From the NCBI GenBank assembly GCA_947167695.1, contig CAMVIX010000004.1, positions 1 to 51,304 of the forward strand: a stretch of 51,304 bases of DNA. The letters run 5' to 3'. Both the position numbers and the translations under genes were made by a program. Shown in pieces: positions 28,859 to 42,129 of the stretch. The notes below the pieces were generated by a model that ran no database searches, was not told where the DNA came from, and saw only the letters and a program-made list of their open reading frames with translations. How positions within the stretch are numbered: position 1 is the stretch's first letter; each line of letters opens with the position of its first letter. This DNA comes from an uncultured Clostridiaceae bacterium (GTDB lineage Bacteria > Bacillota > Clostridia > TANB77 > CAG-508).

Positions 28859-31800
28859 TTGCTTCCTCCTTCTTTAGAAAATCCTCAGCTGTTGGATTTT
28901 TTACTGCTTCTATTTCACTTGCCTCTACCTCGCTCATATTGCCTTCATTATCTACGGTATATGTAAATTTCCACTTAACTAGATAATTTGCATTTGCCAT
29001 AAGTGTAAAGTTTTCTGTTACAGTATATCCTGTTACTTTGTTAATTCCTCCAATACCAGCTTCTCCTTCCACCTTCTCTTTTTCTGTTGATAAATCGGAT
29101 TTTATAATACTTGTTACCACTCCAAGGTCTGTTGGCGTTATTCCTCCACATTCTTCTAGGAATGTTCCTGCAATATAGTATTGTTTTATTGTTTCCTTTG
29201 CAGCTTTATATTTTTCAAGTATTTCTTCATATTGACCAAAGCCTTCTACATATTGAGAACTATTAAAGTGATAGATTATTTCATTTAGTTTTTTCTCTAA
29301 CATATCTCCTAGATATGCCCTATATTCCTTTTCTGGCACTCCAAATACTCTTTGCCCAACTTGTACTTTAATCGTAGTGTTGTCTCTTTCTGATATGAAA
29401 TCTTCCTTTTTATCTGATGAAACAGTATCATAATATACTTCTACTTCTTTATATTTAATTCTTCCGGTCTTCATATGTTCCATCTTCCTGAGTTTCAGTT
29501 GCTCCATAATATCCTGTTGCACCAATTAAAGTTTGCTCTTTTGTAATGTCTATACCTGACAATACATTTTTTATTGTAGACGTTATTATTGCATTGTCGC
29601 CTGCTGAACCTGAATTATATTTTAAGTATCCATGATATTCTGCATTGTTTAAAACATCTGCTATATTAGATGCATTTTTTGTATATGGAGATAGTATTTT
29701 ATTAAATACTGTATTTAGCGTTGCAATATATTCTGCTTGTCTTGCTGTATCTGATGAGTTTCCTTCAAACTCGCTTGCTAATAGGCCTTTTAATAAATTT
29801 GCTTCTGTGCCCAGTTCATCATATGTTTTGTTTTCTACTGTCATATAATCTTCTACTCTTACTAGTTGCTTTGTTGCAGTAAATAAATTTAGTTTTAAAA
29901 CTACCATTGAATCGCTTGTTTCTTCGTCTTCTCCTTCGCCAAATATGAATGTGCCAGGGTTTACTGAACCAATTGTCTTTCCTCTTTCAACTATTTGCCC
30001 TTCTGACACTCCAGGTGTAATTGTGCCTACATCAGCTTTTATTCTCAAAATCATGTCTGCTACTGTAGTTCCTTCTTCATCATCGTCTGTAAATTTTAGC
30101 TGTATAAATTGTTTTCCATTTGAATCTGTACCTACAGCATCTACTGTGCAATTTGCTGGTGCTACTAGATCTCCTCCGCCACCTTTCCATATCATCTTTG
30201 TACAATCGCTTTCAGATTTTTCGTATACTGATGGCCAAGATGTGTATGGTTTATAGTTTGGAAATACATTATCCAATACTTTTTCCGCTGGTATATTTTG
30301 GTTCTCTAGGTCAAATTCAAAGTCTTCGAATAACTGTTTTAAGTCGCGTAGCATATATACCATATCTGATCTTGAATCGCATTTTTCTATTTCTGCTTCT
30401 ATTTCTTTTAATGCTTTTGCTCCATCTATAAACTGTTTTCCAGCAATAAGTTTCTCGTCTGTTAAGGCTACTCCTGTAGTTTTTCCACCTTCTACATTTG
30501 AATTATTATTAGTTTCTCCATTGTATATATAGTATTTATCTTTTAACCAAGAACGAATATATCGTGAGTTGTCTTCAAATAGTGGATTGTATATTTGAAC
30601 CATATCTACTTGCCTTAATTCTTTTATATAAAGATCCTCTAAGAAGCCTTTTACAGTATCGCTATAACCGCTTAATCCACCTCTGTCCATTACTCCCTTT
30701 ACACTATATACAACAGGGTCTAAGTTTTCATTTGCTTGAACTGTATATGCCCCTCCTGAAATTCCATATGTAACTTCTCTATATGCTGCAATTATTTCAT
30801 TTTCGACTTTTTGCTTTGTTTCCTCGTCAAGCCCAGCAGATTCAAGGTGTCCACCTTCTCTTTTTCCCTGTGAATTTTGTGTTCCCAGCCAATCATTTGT
30901 AATTTTTGTTATGTAGTCATATACTAATGTTTGCTTTTCTTTGTCATTTGTTGCAGCTTCTACATTGCTTTTTAATGCTTCTATGCTTTCATCTTCTGGC
31001 TCTATATTGATAGATGCAATACTTTGTACATTGTCTATCATTTCTTCTATTCTTGCTATAGAGTTTTTCATATCCTCGTCGTCTATTCCAGTAAAATAGT
31101 TGTTTCTAAACCAATGGTTTACTACTTTTGTAATATACGGTGTAGCTGTAGAAACAGCACTTTCTTCCCATTCTTTAATCTTATCATAAATTTGTCCATC
31201 CCCAAACAGCTCATCTATTGTATAGCTTTTGCCTGTCACAAATCTTATTGTAACATTTTTTATTGAATCGTATGCTGAATATATATTAAATCCGCTCATA
31301 TAAGTTGGTGTGTTTTCTTTTACTATTTCAATTAAACTTTTTAAGCTGTTTGCCGCAAGCATCTCTTCTTTTCTATTGTTTATATAGTTCCATTGTGGAG
31401 AGTTTGCTTCGGCATGTCCTAATAATTCATCATATGCCTCACTAAGTACATTTTTACAATAACTTATAATACTCTCTTCATTATCGATTCCATCTAATAC
31501 GTCTAACGCAGATGTTTTTCCTTCCTCATCTGTTACAAGCTGTATTTTCATATCTACAGGAAATAGGTCTACATGAACTTTTGCGTCTACTGCTCCTTCT
31601 GTTGCAAGTTTATATGCAAAGTCTGGTGCCATTGTTGCCGCATGTACTGCTATTAAAAATTCAACCGGCTTGCCATACTTTGTTGTCCATCCATTTAAGT
31701 CATAGTAATATTCTGTTTCATTTCCAAAAAGCTGCTTAAAAAAGCTACTATCACTCTGTAATTTTGTTTTTACAATAAATACTCTCCCTGTTTTATTAAC

Positions 31801-32952
31801 TTCTACACTATGTTTTGTTCCGTCTTTATATTGCCATGTTCCATCGGAATTTACATTCTCATTTGTATTCTTTTCCAAAAATATCAATCCGGTACCATTG
31901 TCTTGTTCTGAAAGAGTGATACTGTAGTATATATCTCTTAATTGCTCTAGTTCAGTCTTATTATCTAGCAATTCTATCAACTGTTTTCCATATAAATATC
32001 TACTAACTTCTTGTATTTTTTCTGGGACACTAAAATCAATAGCTAACTTATGGTTAGTTATGAGTTTGATGTAATAAGCAGTATCCATTGAATCTAGTGA
32101 CTGTTCATATACATCACTATATTTTAATCCTGCACATATTATCTCTTTTATTTTTTCTCTTTTTTCAGTCTCATAAAATTCCTTGTATGTTACATATTCT
32201 TCCAGTCTTTCAGTTGGTAGCCATAACCACCTATCAGTTCTACTCTTTATTTCATTATAATAAGTTTCCTTTATTACATATTTATCACCGTTATGGTCGT
32301 ACATTTTTTGTAAGCCTTTTTCTATAGTTTCAGGGATTTGTCCTGTTACAGGCCAAATTTGGTCAAATATTTTTTCTGTTGCTATATCTAAACAATTGCT
32401 TTCAAATGTGGCAACTTCCGTTTCTCCAGCATTTGTTAAAAGTCTTAATATTCTTTCTCCAAAATTGTAATTTTCATTATTAGCAATTAAATATGATTTT
32501 TTTTCTGCCATTAAATATGCTCTTAAATATTTACTTTTTACGCTTTCTATTGTTCCTCTTGTTGGTTGATTGTTATTAAATTCTTCGTCCTGATATGTGT
32601 ATTCCCCGCTTCTTGTTATTTCTTCTACAAATCCATATGCTTCTAGGTCATATCCCATTTCTTCCAGATAATTACATAAATCCTTTATATCGCTGTCACT
32701 AACATATAATTTATTAACTGATGAAAAAATGCTGTCAAAGAATTTTGATATTTTCCCTAGTACTGCACCTGGTATTGCTAGAAAATAACTTATTACGCCA
32801 ACTGCTAGAAGTATGATAACAATGCCAATGGCAATATAGCATACTATTGGATTTTTAAAGTATTTTAAAACTTTTACTATATTCCCAATTGTACTCCCCC
32901 ACTGCTTTGCTCTATCATTTGTTGTTTTTTCTTTATTATCTCCATCTGCCAT
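28839..32952 (-). CDS. Large membrane-anchored protein (~1370 aa with +1 shift at CGG 29466) with degenerate M23-like and SleB/Hydrolase_2-like domains; candidate VirB1 functional analogue
   Basis: N-terminal TM; DLVAPANCTVDAVG...VSEGQIVERGKTIGSV (M23-like); LLASEFEG...ATLNTVFNKILS...IADVL...GATGYY...QVGQRVFG (SleB-like); junction GAC C GGA. Confidence 0.6.
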
Positions 32953-32970
32953 TGTCTATCACCTACCTTT

Positions 32971-34710
32971 CTAGCGCCACTTTCTGCCTCTTAGAGTCCC
33001 AGTGCCGTTTTTTATAGCTTCTTTAATTTCAATATCATCTAAACCATATCTTGCTTTTAGTTCTTGCATAATTGCCCAGAAGCCTAATTCTTTACCATTT
33101 AATTCCGTTATATCTGAATTGCTAATTCTTTCAAATTCATTTGCTAATTCTTCATTTGTCATTTCTGGATTTACATCTTTTCTGTAATCTTGCGCGATTG
33201 CAATTGCTCTTTCTTTATTCGTTAGCTTATACGGTGCGCGACGTTTTTTTCTATGCTTATTAACGGTTGCTTTTAATTGCTTTGCTCCAGTAGTTGATGC
33301 TACAAAGTTACCAGCAACCCTTGCCGCATTTCTTATTGGTGCTGGTGCATTTTTTAGCCATCTGCGTCTTGGCATAGATTTCTTCTTTGTTGGGTGCTCA
33401 GGCATTTTTTTGCCATCTTTAGCTGCTTTTTCTGCCTTTTTCTCATATTTTTCTTGCTTTCTAAATTCAACTACATTGTCTACAAGTTTTGCCCCAGTTA
33501 ATTTTTCTCCATCGGACATTTCATAATTTTTAAGTCCGCCTAAATTCTTTTCTGCTTTCTTAGCTCTTATTTCATTTCTTGCATCTTTAATTGCTACAAC
33601 AGATTTTATATTACTCAAGGTTTTTTGTGCTATTGCAAAAACAGCTACTCTTTGAGTTAAACTGCTAGAGGCTCCAAATCCAAATATTTCTCTAATTAGT
33701 GATCTTCCAAGGAATATACTAAATGTCAGTATTATTGCATATATCATAGCCCCGAAATTAAATGAGCCAGATTCAAATAACATCTGCATTGCAGGTCCAG
33801 CAAATACTATAAATATCAAGCAATGGAAAGGCTGTACTAGCACATTATATAAAAATTCTTTAAGCCAGGTGTTTAATATTTCGGATTTATTGTTTCCTAC
33901 TTTATCTATTGAATATGTAACAGTTATAAGTGGTGCAATTACTATCAAAAATGATACTGTTATCATCCTTTTTAAGTATATAATTAGAAACATCAGTCCC
34001 ATAAGTGAAAATGCAAAATACATTACAGCTGAACCAAAGCTTTTGGTAAGAGGAATCATCCAAGTTTGGTCTCGTACCTCTGTTATAAAAGAGCTAAAGT
34101 CTGAGTTATAGTTTTCAGCACCTCTTTTTATAATTTCTATTAGCCACGAATTTGCATTAATTGTAAATACAATAATAAAATCTAATGCAAAAATAAGTGC
34201 AAAACCTGCCAACCAATTTACAAGCCAGGCTTTATATTTTGCTCTTTCTTCTGCTACATTGTTTAGTGCCATTCTAAGACCTATATAAATAAGAACTGCG
34301 AGTGATAGGACTATACTTAAGTTTCTAAAAGCCATATAAAAAGTTGCAATTGCGTCTCTTATTGGTGCTACAGCCTGGTCACTAGAATTTTCAAACACAT
34401 TTATTTTTAAAATTTCCACTTCATCAAAAAATATTGAATATAAATCTGCATCTGCTGAAATTGCTGAAGTTACTAATCTCATAAGTATTGCTGGAATTGC
34501 AAATATAAGTTTTATTGGATATAATAAAAATCCTAAAATTCCATCTAACGGTCCAAGTAGGAGAGTTTCAAGTGGGTCAACAGGTTCTCCTTCTTTTTCT
34601 ACCATAATTGCATTGCTATCAATTCCCAAAGCAATATTAGGGAATACAAAATTAGCTGTAATTACAAATAGTATCAATATTATTAGAAATTTATTTAATA
34701 TACTTTTCAT
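32971..34710 (-). CDS. VirB6/TrbL-like multi-TM protein, paralogue 4, with basic C-terminal tail
   Basis: Shared core YMAFRNL...YIGLRMAL...IYLKRM...APLITVTYSIDK...WLKEFLYNVLVQPFH. Confidence 0.65.
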   Translation of the reverse strand: MKSILNKFLIILILFVITANFVFPNIALGIDSNAIMVEKEGEPVDPLETLLLGPLDGILGFLLYPIKLIFAIPAILMRLVTSAISADADLYSIFFDEVEILKINVFENSSDQAVAPIRDAIATFYMAFRNLSIVLSLAVLIYIGLRMALNNVAEERAKYKAWLVNWLAGFALIFALDFIIVFTINANSWLIEIIKRGAENYNSDFSSFITEVRDQTWMIPLTKSFGSAVMYFAFSLMGLMFLIIYLKRMITVSFLIVIAPLITVTYSIDKVGNNKSEILNTWLKEFLYNVLVQPFHCLIFIVFAGPAMQMLFESGSFNFGAMIYAIILTFSIFLGRSLIREIFGFGASSSLTQRVAVFAIAQKTLSNIKSVVAIKDARNEIRAKKAEKNLGGLKNYEMSDGEKLTGAKLVDNVVEFRKQEKYEKKAEKAAKDGKKMPEHPTKKKSMPRRRWLKNAPAPIRNAARVAGNFVASTTGAKQLKATVNKHRKKRRAPYKLTNKERAIAIAQDYRKDVNPEMTNEELANEFERISNSDITELNGKELGFWAIMQELKARYGLDDIEIKEAIKNGTGTLRGRKWR

Positions 34711-34745
34711 ATTCCCCTCCTTTTTTAGATTTTCTTTGTTTTAAT

Positions 34746-36542
34746 TTATATTTGTTTTCTATCTTTTATAACCTTATATATGTAATCTCCTGGTTCTTCT
34801 ATTCCTCTGTTTTTTAAAACATTTTCCATATCAGTTATCCATATTTTATATCTAATATCTGTTATATTTTTGCTTTTTTGTAATTCACTTAAGCTAGTTT
34901 TTCTAATAATTTCTGTTTTTAGTGCAAGTTGTTCGTCTGTCATGTCTGGATTTACTTCGTTTCTATAATCATCAGCCATTTCTATAAATAGTGTAACATT
35001 GTCTTTCTTTCTATCTTTCTTACTTGTCCTATCATTTTTATTTTGGCTTGTTTGTTCTGGCTTTTGGTTTTGTGTTTTTGTTTGTGTACTATCCCCTTTA
35101 TCATTAGTATTACTTCCTTGTGGTAAGGTAGAACCTACTATTACAGGTTGTATTACACTCGAATTGCTGTTTTCTACTACTGTAGTATCGCTTGTGCTTT
35201 CACTGCTTGTTGTATACGATTTTCTTGATTTAAATATAGGCTTAGCACTATCTTGCTCAGTTTCACCAGTATGTACCTCTTTAAGATGCGTTTTATTTGG
35301 CATATTATTTATTACATCTTCCGTCTTTCTGCCTGATGGTGCGATAGCTGGCGTTTGGTCTTCTCCTTCTTCGCTTATACTTCCTGCTCTTGTTGTATAT
35401 ACTTGTTTTACGTTATTTATTACACTAGATATCATTGTGGCATTAAATAGCTTTTTAGCAACACTTTGAGATTTTGTAAATCCAAAGATTGTTCTTATTA
35501 TTTTTTCTCCCATAAATATGCAAATAGTACACGTAATTGCTATTACCATATATTTAAAATTTAGCGGGTTTTCTGTACTACTGTACAATTCCCTCATTGC
35601 AGTTCCTACAAATACTATATAAACTATACAATGAAATGGCTGTATAAGCACATTATAGCAAAATTCTTTAAGCCATGTACTTAAAATTTTAGATTTTCCA
35701 TCTCCAACTTTATCTAATGAGTAGAATATTCCAACTATTGGAGCAATCATTACTAAAAAACATGTCATTAACATACGCTTTATGTATATTACTAAAAATG
35801 AAAAAGAAATAATTCCCAAAATACTGTACATTATTGCAGAACCCCAACTTTTTACAAGGGAAATATCAAATGCCCATGTAAATATGGCCTGCGTGTATTC
35901 TTCTCCGTTTCCAATATCCTCTGGTTTTAGCATATTTACTGTTGCTGTATTAATATTTAAAACCATTACAATTATTAAATCTAAAACCATTATTAATGCC
36001 AGGCATTTTACCCAGTCTATTAACATATGCTTATATTTTGCTCTACTTGGTGCAAAATTATCTAATGCCATTTTTATGCCGACATATAATAACATTAAAA
36101 GTGATACAACAAGTGCTAGGTTTCTAAATGCCATATACCAACCAGCAACACTATCTCCTATTTTTGAAAGCACTCCGTCTGAGTCGCCTTCATTCAAAAA
36201 TATATTTACATCTGTAAGCTCTACATTATTAAATAGTATGTCTTCTAAAGTAACGAATTCCCATTCTTTACTTGAATCTACATTAGCAATTAATGATAAT
36301 ACGCTATTTGCAACTAGCCCTGGAGCTAGCAAAGTAAGCTTTGGGATATATGTAAGTACACCAAAAACAGTATCTAAAATTCCTGGGAGTTTTATGCCAT
36401 TTTCTTCATCATAGTCGCTAGAGGTTTCAGAAGCTGATTCGGATTCGTCTTCCGTTGCTAATACGAGTTTAGGGAATATGAAATTAAAGCATATTATTAT
36501 TGCTAATATTGCTGTTATTATTTTTTTGTATGAAATTTTCAT
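34746..36542 (-). CDS. VirB6/TrbL-like multi-TM protein, paralogue 3, with S/T/Q-rich tail
   Basis: Shared core WYMAFRNL...IYIKRM...APIVGIFYSLDK...WLKEFCYNVLIQPFH; C-terminal DYRNEVNPDMT also present in paralogue 4. Confidence 0.65.
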   Translation of the reverse strand: MKISYKKIITAILAIIICFNFIFPKLVLATEDESESASETSSDYDEENGIKLPGILDTVFGVLTYIPKLTLLAPGLVANSVLSLIANVDSSKEWEFVTLEDILFNNVELTDVNIFLNEGDSDGVLSKIGDSVAGWYMAFRNLALVVSLLMLLYVGIKMALDNFAPSRAKYKHMLIDWVKCLALIMVLDLIIVMVLNINTATVNMLKPEDIGNGEEYTQAIFTWAFDISLVKSWGSAIMYSILGIISFSFLVIYIKRMLMTCFLVMIAPIVGIFYSLDKVGDGKSKILSTWLKEFCYNVLIQPFHCIVYIVFVGTAMRELYSSTENPLNFKYMVIAITCTICIFMGEKIIRTIFGFTKSQSVAKKLFNATMISSVINNVKQVYTTRAGSISEEGEDQTPAIAPSGRKTEDVINNMPNKTHLKEVHTGETEQDSAKPIFKSRKSYTTSSESTSDTTVVENSNSSVIQPVIVGSTLPQGSNTNDKGDSTQTKTQNQKPEQTSQNKNDRTSKKDRKKDNVTLFIEMADDYRNEVNPDMTDEQLALKTEIIRKTSLSELQKSKNITDIRYKIWITDMENVLKNRGIEEPGDYIYKVIKDRKQI

Positions 36543-36554
36543 ATTCCCCCTCCT

Positions 36555-39500
36555 TTAATTTTGTTTTTTAGATTTTTTAAATGCATTTTTTTGTATATTT
36601 GCTACTACTTCCTCAATTGTTCCTGTGCCAAGTCTTTCTGCAGTTTGTGCATAAGTTTCTCTTAAATCTGATGTCATAACAAAAGCTTCTTCAAATCTCT
36701 TTATTTCTTTTTTACCCTCCTCTGTAGGTTCAACATACGCACTGCTATGCATTAATTGTCTTCTAGCATATGGTGATAATTTATCATAAATTATCTGCCT
36801 AGCATCTTTTCCCTTTGCATGTTTTTCTTTTATTTCTTTTGTTATTTTTTCTATTGCCGGGCTTGTTAGATTTAAGTTACTTATTATAGGATTTTTTATG
36901 CTTACATCCTCTTCAGTTTCACTTTCTATAATTGTCTCAATTTGGCTTAATCCATCTTCAATATTTTGTCCAAATTTTGGTACTAGAATAGTTTGAGGAT
37001 TATTTTGCGCTACCTTGCTACGTATTTTTTCAGCAAATTCATGCAATTCTTCTAGAGTTTCTGGCATATCTACTATAAGCTCTTCGTCAATTGCTTCCTC
37101 ATAAGGCTTAGATTCTAGCTTTTCCTCGTAGTCTCTTTGTATAGAGCCTTCATCATTTAAAGCTCTTGTTGTAAGGCTTGCTAAATCATCTGGATTTTCT
37201 TCAATTTGTTCTAGAATTTGCTCATATTGCTTGTCATCATTTATGTATTCCTCTATCTGTTTTTCAAGTTCTTGCTCCATTTCATTTTCTATTTGAAGTC
37301 TTTGCTCAGTTTCTAGCATAAGCCCTGAAAGTCTTGCTCCAAATTCTCCTGTTACAGAGTTTATCTTGCTTTCTAATCCTTCTAATGCTTTTCCATAAAC
37401 GATATTTATTGTTTCAGGCTTGTTCATTGCTCTATTTGTAAGCACCCTTGCAACCTCACGTCTCAAGTTTGTTTCTGCTTGATTTTTGTTTATTCTAATT
37501 TTTGGATTACGTCTTTCTATTTCTGTATACAAACTTTCTCTTGATATTGTTTGGTCTTTTCTTGCAGTTTCAACTGTTTGTGTAAGTTTTTCGCTGTCTA
37601 TATTTTTTTCTACGGCAGACGCAATTTCTCTATCTTCCTGAGTACCCTCTTTGCTTGCTGCATTTATGATTAAATCTGCAACAGAAGCGCTGTCTAATGC
37701 ATTAATAATATCTGTTTGATTATATTCTTCCTCTAAAGTCTTCCCAATTTCAATATCATAAGCATTCTCTCGTAAAATTTGTTTTTCTTCATTTGTTAAT
37801 TCCAACGTTTCAATTTTTTCATCTATTGCTTTAAGTTTTTGTGCTATATCCGGTATTTTATCTAAGTCAATGGCATCACTTTTTCCTGTTGCTACATTAA
37901 ATAGTAGCTTATGTAATTCTTCTTTTACATTTTCATAAAACTTCTGCTCATCAATAATCTCTATGTTTTCATTTGAGTTAACATCCTCTGTATCGCTACT
38001 TGACGTGACTTTTTCTGTATTATTGTTAAAGCTAATCTTTAAAGTTTCATATAAATCTGCCATCTCTAGGTTTGAATTTCCGTTTCTTTGTTGTTTTAAG
38101 TACCATTTCCTCCATGGCATCTTTTACAGATTCTTTGCTTATTATTTTACTTCTTTCGCTAAATAGTTTTATAATAACGCTATTTGCTACTCTTGCTTCA
38201 AATTTTTCCTTGTTTGTAGCATTTGGATCATTAGCTTTTGCAAGTAATGATTCTTTATTTTCATATAGTTCAGTTATTTTTTTGCTAAGTAAAGTTGATT
38301 TACCGTCTAAATTTAAAATAAGTTTTTCTTTCTTACTCTCCGCAATAGGATTTTTTCTAAAATCTTTTCTTCCTTTGTTTGCCTTTTTTAATACAATTTT
38401 AAACTGTCCTATACTTGCTGCTGTACTTGCAACAAATACCATAGGGTTAGTTGGGAAATTATATAGTGCTGTTCCAACACCTTTTACAAATCCCTTACTT
38501 GCACCTAATGCAGCTTTTGCATTTGCATCTTGTTCTTGTCTTATTTTTATTCTTTCACTTCTTTGTGTGCCAAGCATTCTAGATGTTTCTGTTCCAAGCA
38601 TTCCGCCTCCGCCTTCAATTTCTACTTCTTCGCCGTCACGTGCTGCTCTATAGGATTTTGTAAATTCATCTACTACATCTATTTTTGACTGAACCCTTGG
38701 GATATGTCTTCCTGCAAATCTTGCTGTAATTCCTCCAAATTTTAGTACATTTCTACCTGTTGTTCTAACACCTCTTACATATTGTCTAATCATTTTAAAT
38801 TTTGCAAACATTTCAAATGATGAATCCATAGTTTCTTTTAGTATAGATGAGGATTCAAATCCAAATATGTTTCTAAACATTCCCTCTGCTACGTCCATGA
38901 ATTTAACTGATATTATCAAAAATACAATTTGTCCTGCAGATACCCAAATATCATCTCCGCTATTTGCAATATTTACTATTATCGCTGATGCAAATACAGT
39001 ATATATAAGTGCATGTGCTGATTGAATAAGCACAGTATACAATACTTCTTTCATCCATTTTGAAAGAGATTGTGAACGATTATCTTTTATCTTATCTAGT
39101 GCATAGCTTATTGATACAAGCGGTGATAGTATTATTAAAATATAACCACTTAGCATCCTTTTTGCGTATTTCCATGTATATTTTACCATTAGCCATACAA
39201 ATGCTATGTATACTATTGTTCCATACCAGCCCTCAGTAAATTTCATGCTATAGGCTAATACTCTCATGCTTTCATATATACTTCCTGTATCTGTTAATTC
39301 TGTTATTTGTTTAGCAAATAAGTTTACTAAAAATTCATTTAATGATAGCACTATTGCTAGAAAATAGTGTATAAATAGCACTATAAAAAAGCTTACAAAC
39401 CAGTCTACTAGCATTCTTTTGTAATGTGCTTTTTCTTCAGCTATGCTTGTTATTGCCATTCTTATTCCAAGATATATAAGAATTGCAAGTAAAACTACAA

Positions 39501-40830
39501 TTGTGAAATTTCTAAATGCAAAATACCAATTTGCTATATTTTCTCTTACTGCTAATATTACTTCTGAGCCTTGTGAGTTCTGGCTATCTATTTTTATTCC
39601 TCCTGCTTCAGAGAAATCAAATATATTTATATCAAATAGTGGTACTTTATTAAATATAATATCTTCTATTGTTATTACTGAGTTTCCATTTTCTGTTGAT
39701 ACAATTCTTGCAGCTGCTGTTACTGTTACTTCAACTGCTCTAGCTAGTCCTATAAGAGGTATTTTTACTATTAATGTAGGCAATCCTATTATATAGTTTA
39801 TAATATCTTTAAAAAAGTCTACTACTTTGTTTATTACCTCGTTTAAGTTGTTTCTAACCCCTCCAGAACCAATAGATTCTGGAATTCCTTCATATATAAG
39901 CACATCTCCGTTAAGTGCAGCTGACATATCGAAGTTTCCTTTTTTTCCTGTGTTGTCGCCTTCCTCAGTAGAGCCAGACGAACCGCCGCTGCCTCCACCA
40001 TAGTGGACACTGCTAATATCGTTCGGATCAACATAACTTGTTGTTCCTCTCGGCCATTGAATAACAATTTGGTCCGGTACTCCTTGCCAAGCAGCATCAA
40101 CGACATCTCGCCTTAGTCTGCTTACATAAATATTTTTAAATGTCTTTGTACCTACAGTAGCTGTTTTTAATTTTGCTACAGTGAGCCTTTCATTTTTTGC
40201 AAGATTACCCAAATTTGTATATCCAAAAGCACTTTTGCCTTGTACTTTCCAACCCCACGCACCAGTTTCTGCTAATTGGTGCTCACCAGTTGCAGGGTCC
40301 ACACCTACATATATAATAGAGTGCCCGGCATCAGTTTTTCTTATAACGTCTCCTGGTTGCAATTCATCATTGTCATCCAAAATTATAAAATTACTTTTAT
40401 CTGATGTTGAATATGAAGCCCAACTGTAGCCAGATAGCTCCACTCCTAAAGATTGATGAAGCATAGCTGCTGTAAACACACTACATACAAACACGAGTGA
40501 ATCTTCGTATGCAGGCCCAGTTTTTCCGCCTTCAAGTTTTCTTATGCCGTTGCTTGTTCCTAATTCACTAATAGGTAGCTCATTTTGCTTATAAGAAATA
40601 ACCCATTTCGAACTATTTCCTTTGTCATATACCAAAACATCATAAAAATTGTTTGCCTCTTGTAAATATGCTCTTATGTACTTTTCAACATATTCATATT
40701 GTTCAGAGTTTGACCATATCTTTTGGTCATCGTCAGCTGCATAAGATGATGGAACTGGCATAAAAGGCACTATAATAGTAACTATTAATATTGTTATTAA
40801 TAGCTTCTTCAATATTTCCATTTCCATCAC
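36555..40830 (-). CDS. VirB6/TrbL-like paralogue 2 (~1420 aa with +1 shift at CGG 38082): N-terminal NlpC/P60-like domain, TM core, long acidic helical C-terminus
   Basis: FVCSVFTAAML...LQPGDVI...GHSIIYVG (Cys-His papain-like); core WYFAFRNF...KYAKRML...SYALDK...WMKEVLYTVLIQSAH; junction AAA C GGA; true start may be ATG 40821. Confidence 0.65.
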
Positions 40831-40840
40831 CTTCTTTCTT

Positions 40841-42116
40841 CTATACTAATTGCAGGCTCGTATTATCGTAATATAACTGATTCCCCTGTAACTTCTTTAT
40901 TTCAAAATTTTCATTGCCTTCTATTATTGTTACAGTTTTTCTAGTTCTTGCGTTGTAGCAATATATGCCCTTACCCTGAATTGAATATACAAATTGAGTA
41001 TCATTTATCCATCCATATGTATATATTGCCTCATTCTTCGCAATTTCTGAATTAGGGTTTTCCCTATCTTTTGAAACAAATCTTATATTGTAAATAGTAT
41101 CTTCATCTGTCGAGTTATATAGTATAAAAAATTTGTCTGTTTCTTTTTTTGAAAAACAGTAATCTTTGAATTCTCTGTATCCATCACCTTCGGCAAAATA
41201 TAATCTTGCTTTGTAATCTTCAAGTTCTCTACTAATTACATTATCAACTCTAATTCTTTCTGTCTCATATATTAAATCCTCATCCAGATGCATATACATA
41301 TATTTAGGCATATTGTCTTCGGTTAGATTGTCTAGTGTTACCCCTTTTGCTAAATAGCCTCCATAGTTTTTGTATATTCCTAGTCCATTTTCTCTATCTG
41401 AGTTTACTTTAAAGGTTAATCCCTTTAAAGAATATTTTAGAGTTACACTTTTTTCCGTGTGCATAAATTCATCATAATCTGGCCATAGGTTTGTTAGTTT
41501 GCTTATAAACGTATTTGCATTTTTTGTTTCATATAATTCGTTTACGATTTCTAGAAATTTTTCTGTTTGGTAGTCATCTTCTACTCTGTATACGGAAACC
41601 TCATTTTGAGAGAAAAACACATAAATTTTATCTCCTTTATACCCAATTACATTTTCATCCTCAAATGTAGGTTTCCCTAAGCTAAATTGAATTTTTTCCT
41701 TTGTATCATTTACCTTAAATCCGTTTATAATATTTCCAGCATACTTTTCTGTAAAAATAATGTTATAGACTTTTGCTCCTAAAGTTTTTACTTCTATGCC
41801 TTCATCAAAATAAATGTCATAATCTTCAAATCTACTCTCTATTGTTCCAAATGAAACTACACCTGCTTTCCACCCATTTGAAATCAATTCATTTATTTCT
41901 TTTGCCTCTATCTTCATTTCTGGAACTTTTTCTTTTTCATAATTTATATTAACATCTACTTTTGGTGTTTGTTCTATAGTGTTTCCGGCTGTCAAAGTCT
42001 ACAGAAGCTACGGTGTTTTTCTTCTCCCCACCAGAAACTATCAAAATTGCAATACCTAATCCTATTACCAAAATAATCAATATTATAATAGCAATTCCAA
42101 CTGCTCTTTTATTCAT
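40841..42116 (-). CDS. Single-TM extracytoplasmic protein (424 aa with +1 shift at CGG 41987)
   Basis: ATG 42116 after AGGTGA RBS gives the TM segment MNKRAVGIAIIILIILVIGLGIAILIVSGG; AGC C GGA joins it to the 384-aa ORF, which lacks a good start of its own. Confidence 0.7.
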
Positions 42117-42129
42117 AATTTAAATCACC

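Noticed and set aside
4278-42116. Split ORFs interpreted as pseudogenes or random indel errors
   Set aside because: All breaks are +1, fall at an in-frame CGG before a Gly codon, mostly outside homopolymers, and no other lesion types occur. A systematic artefact is disfavoured but not fully excluded without reads.
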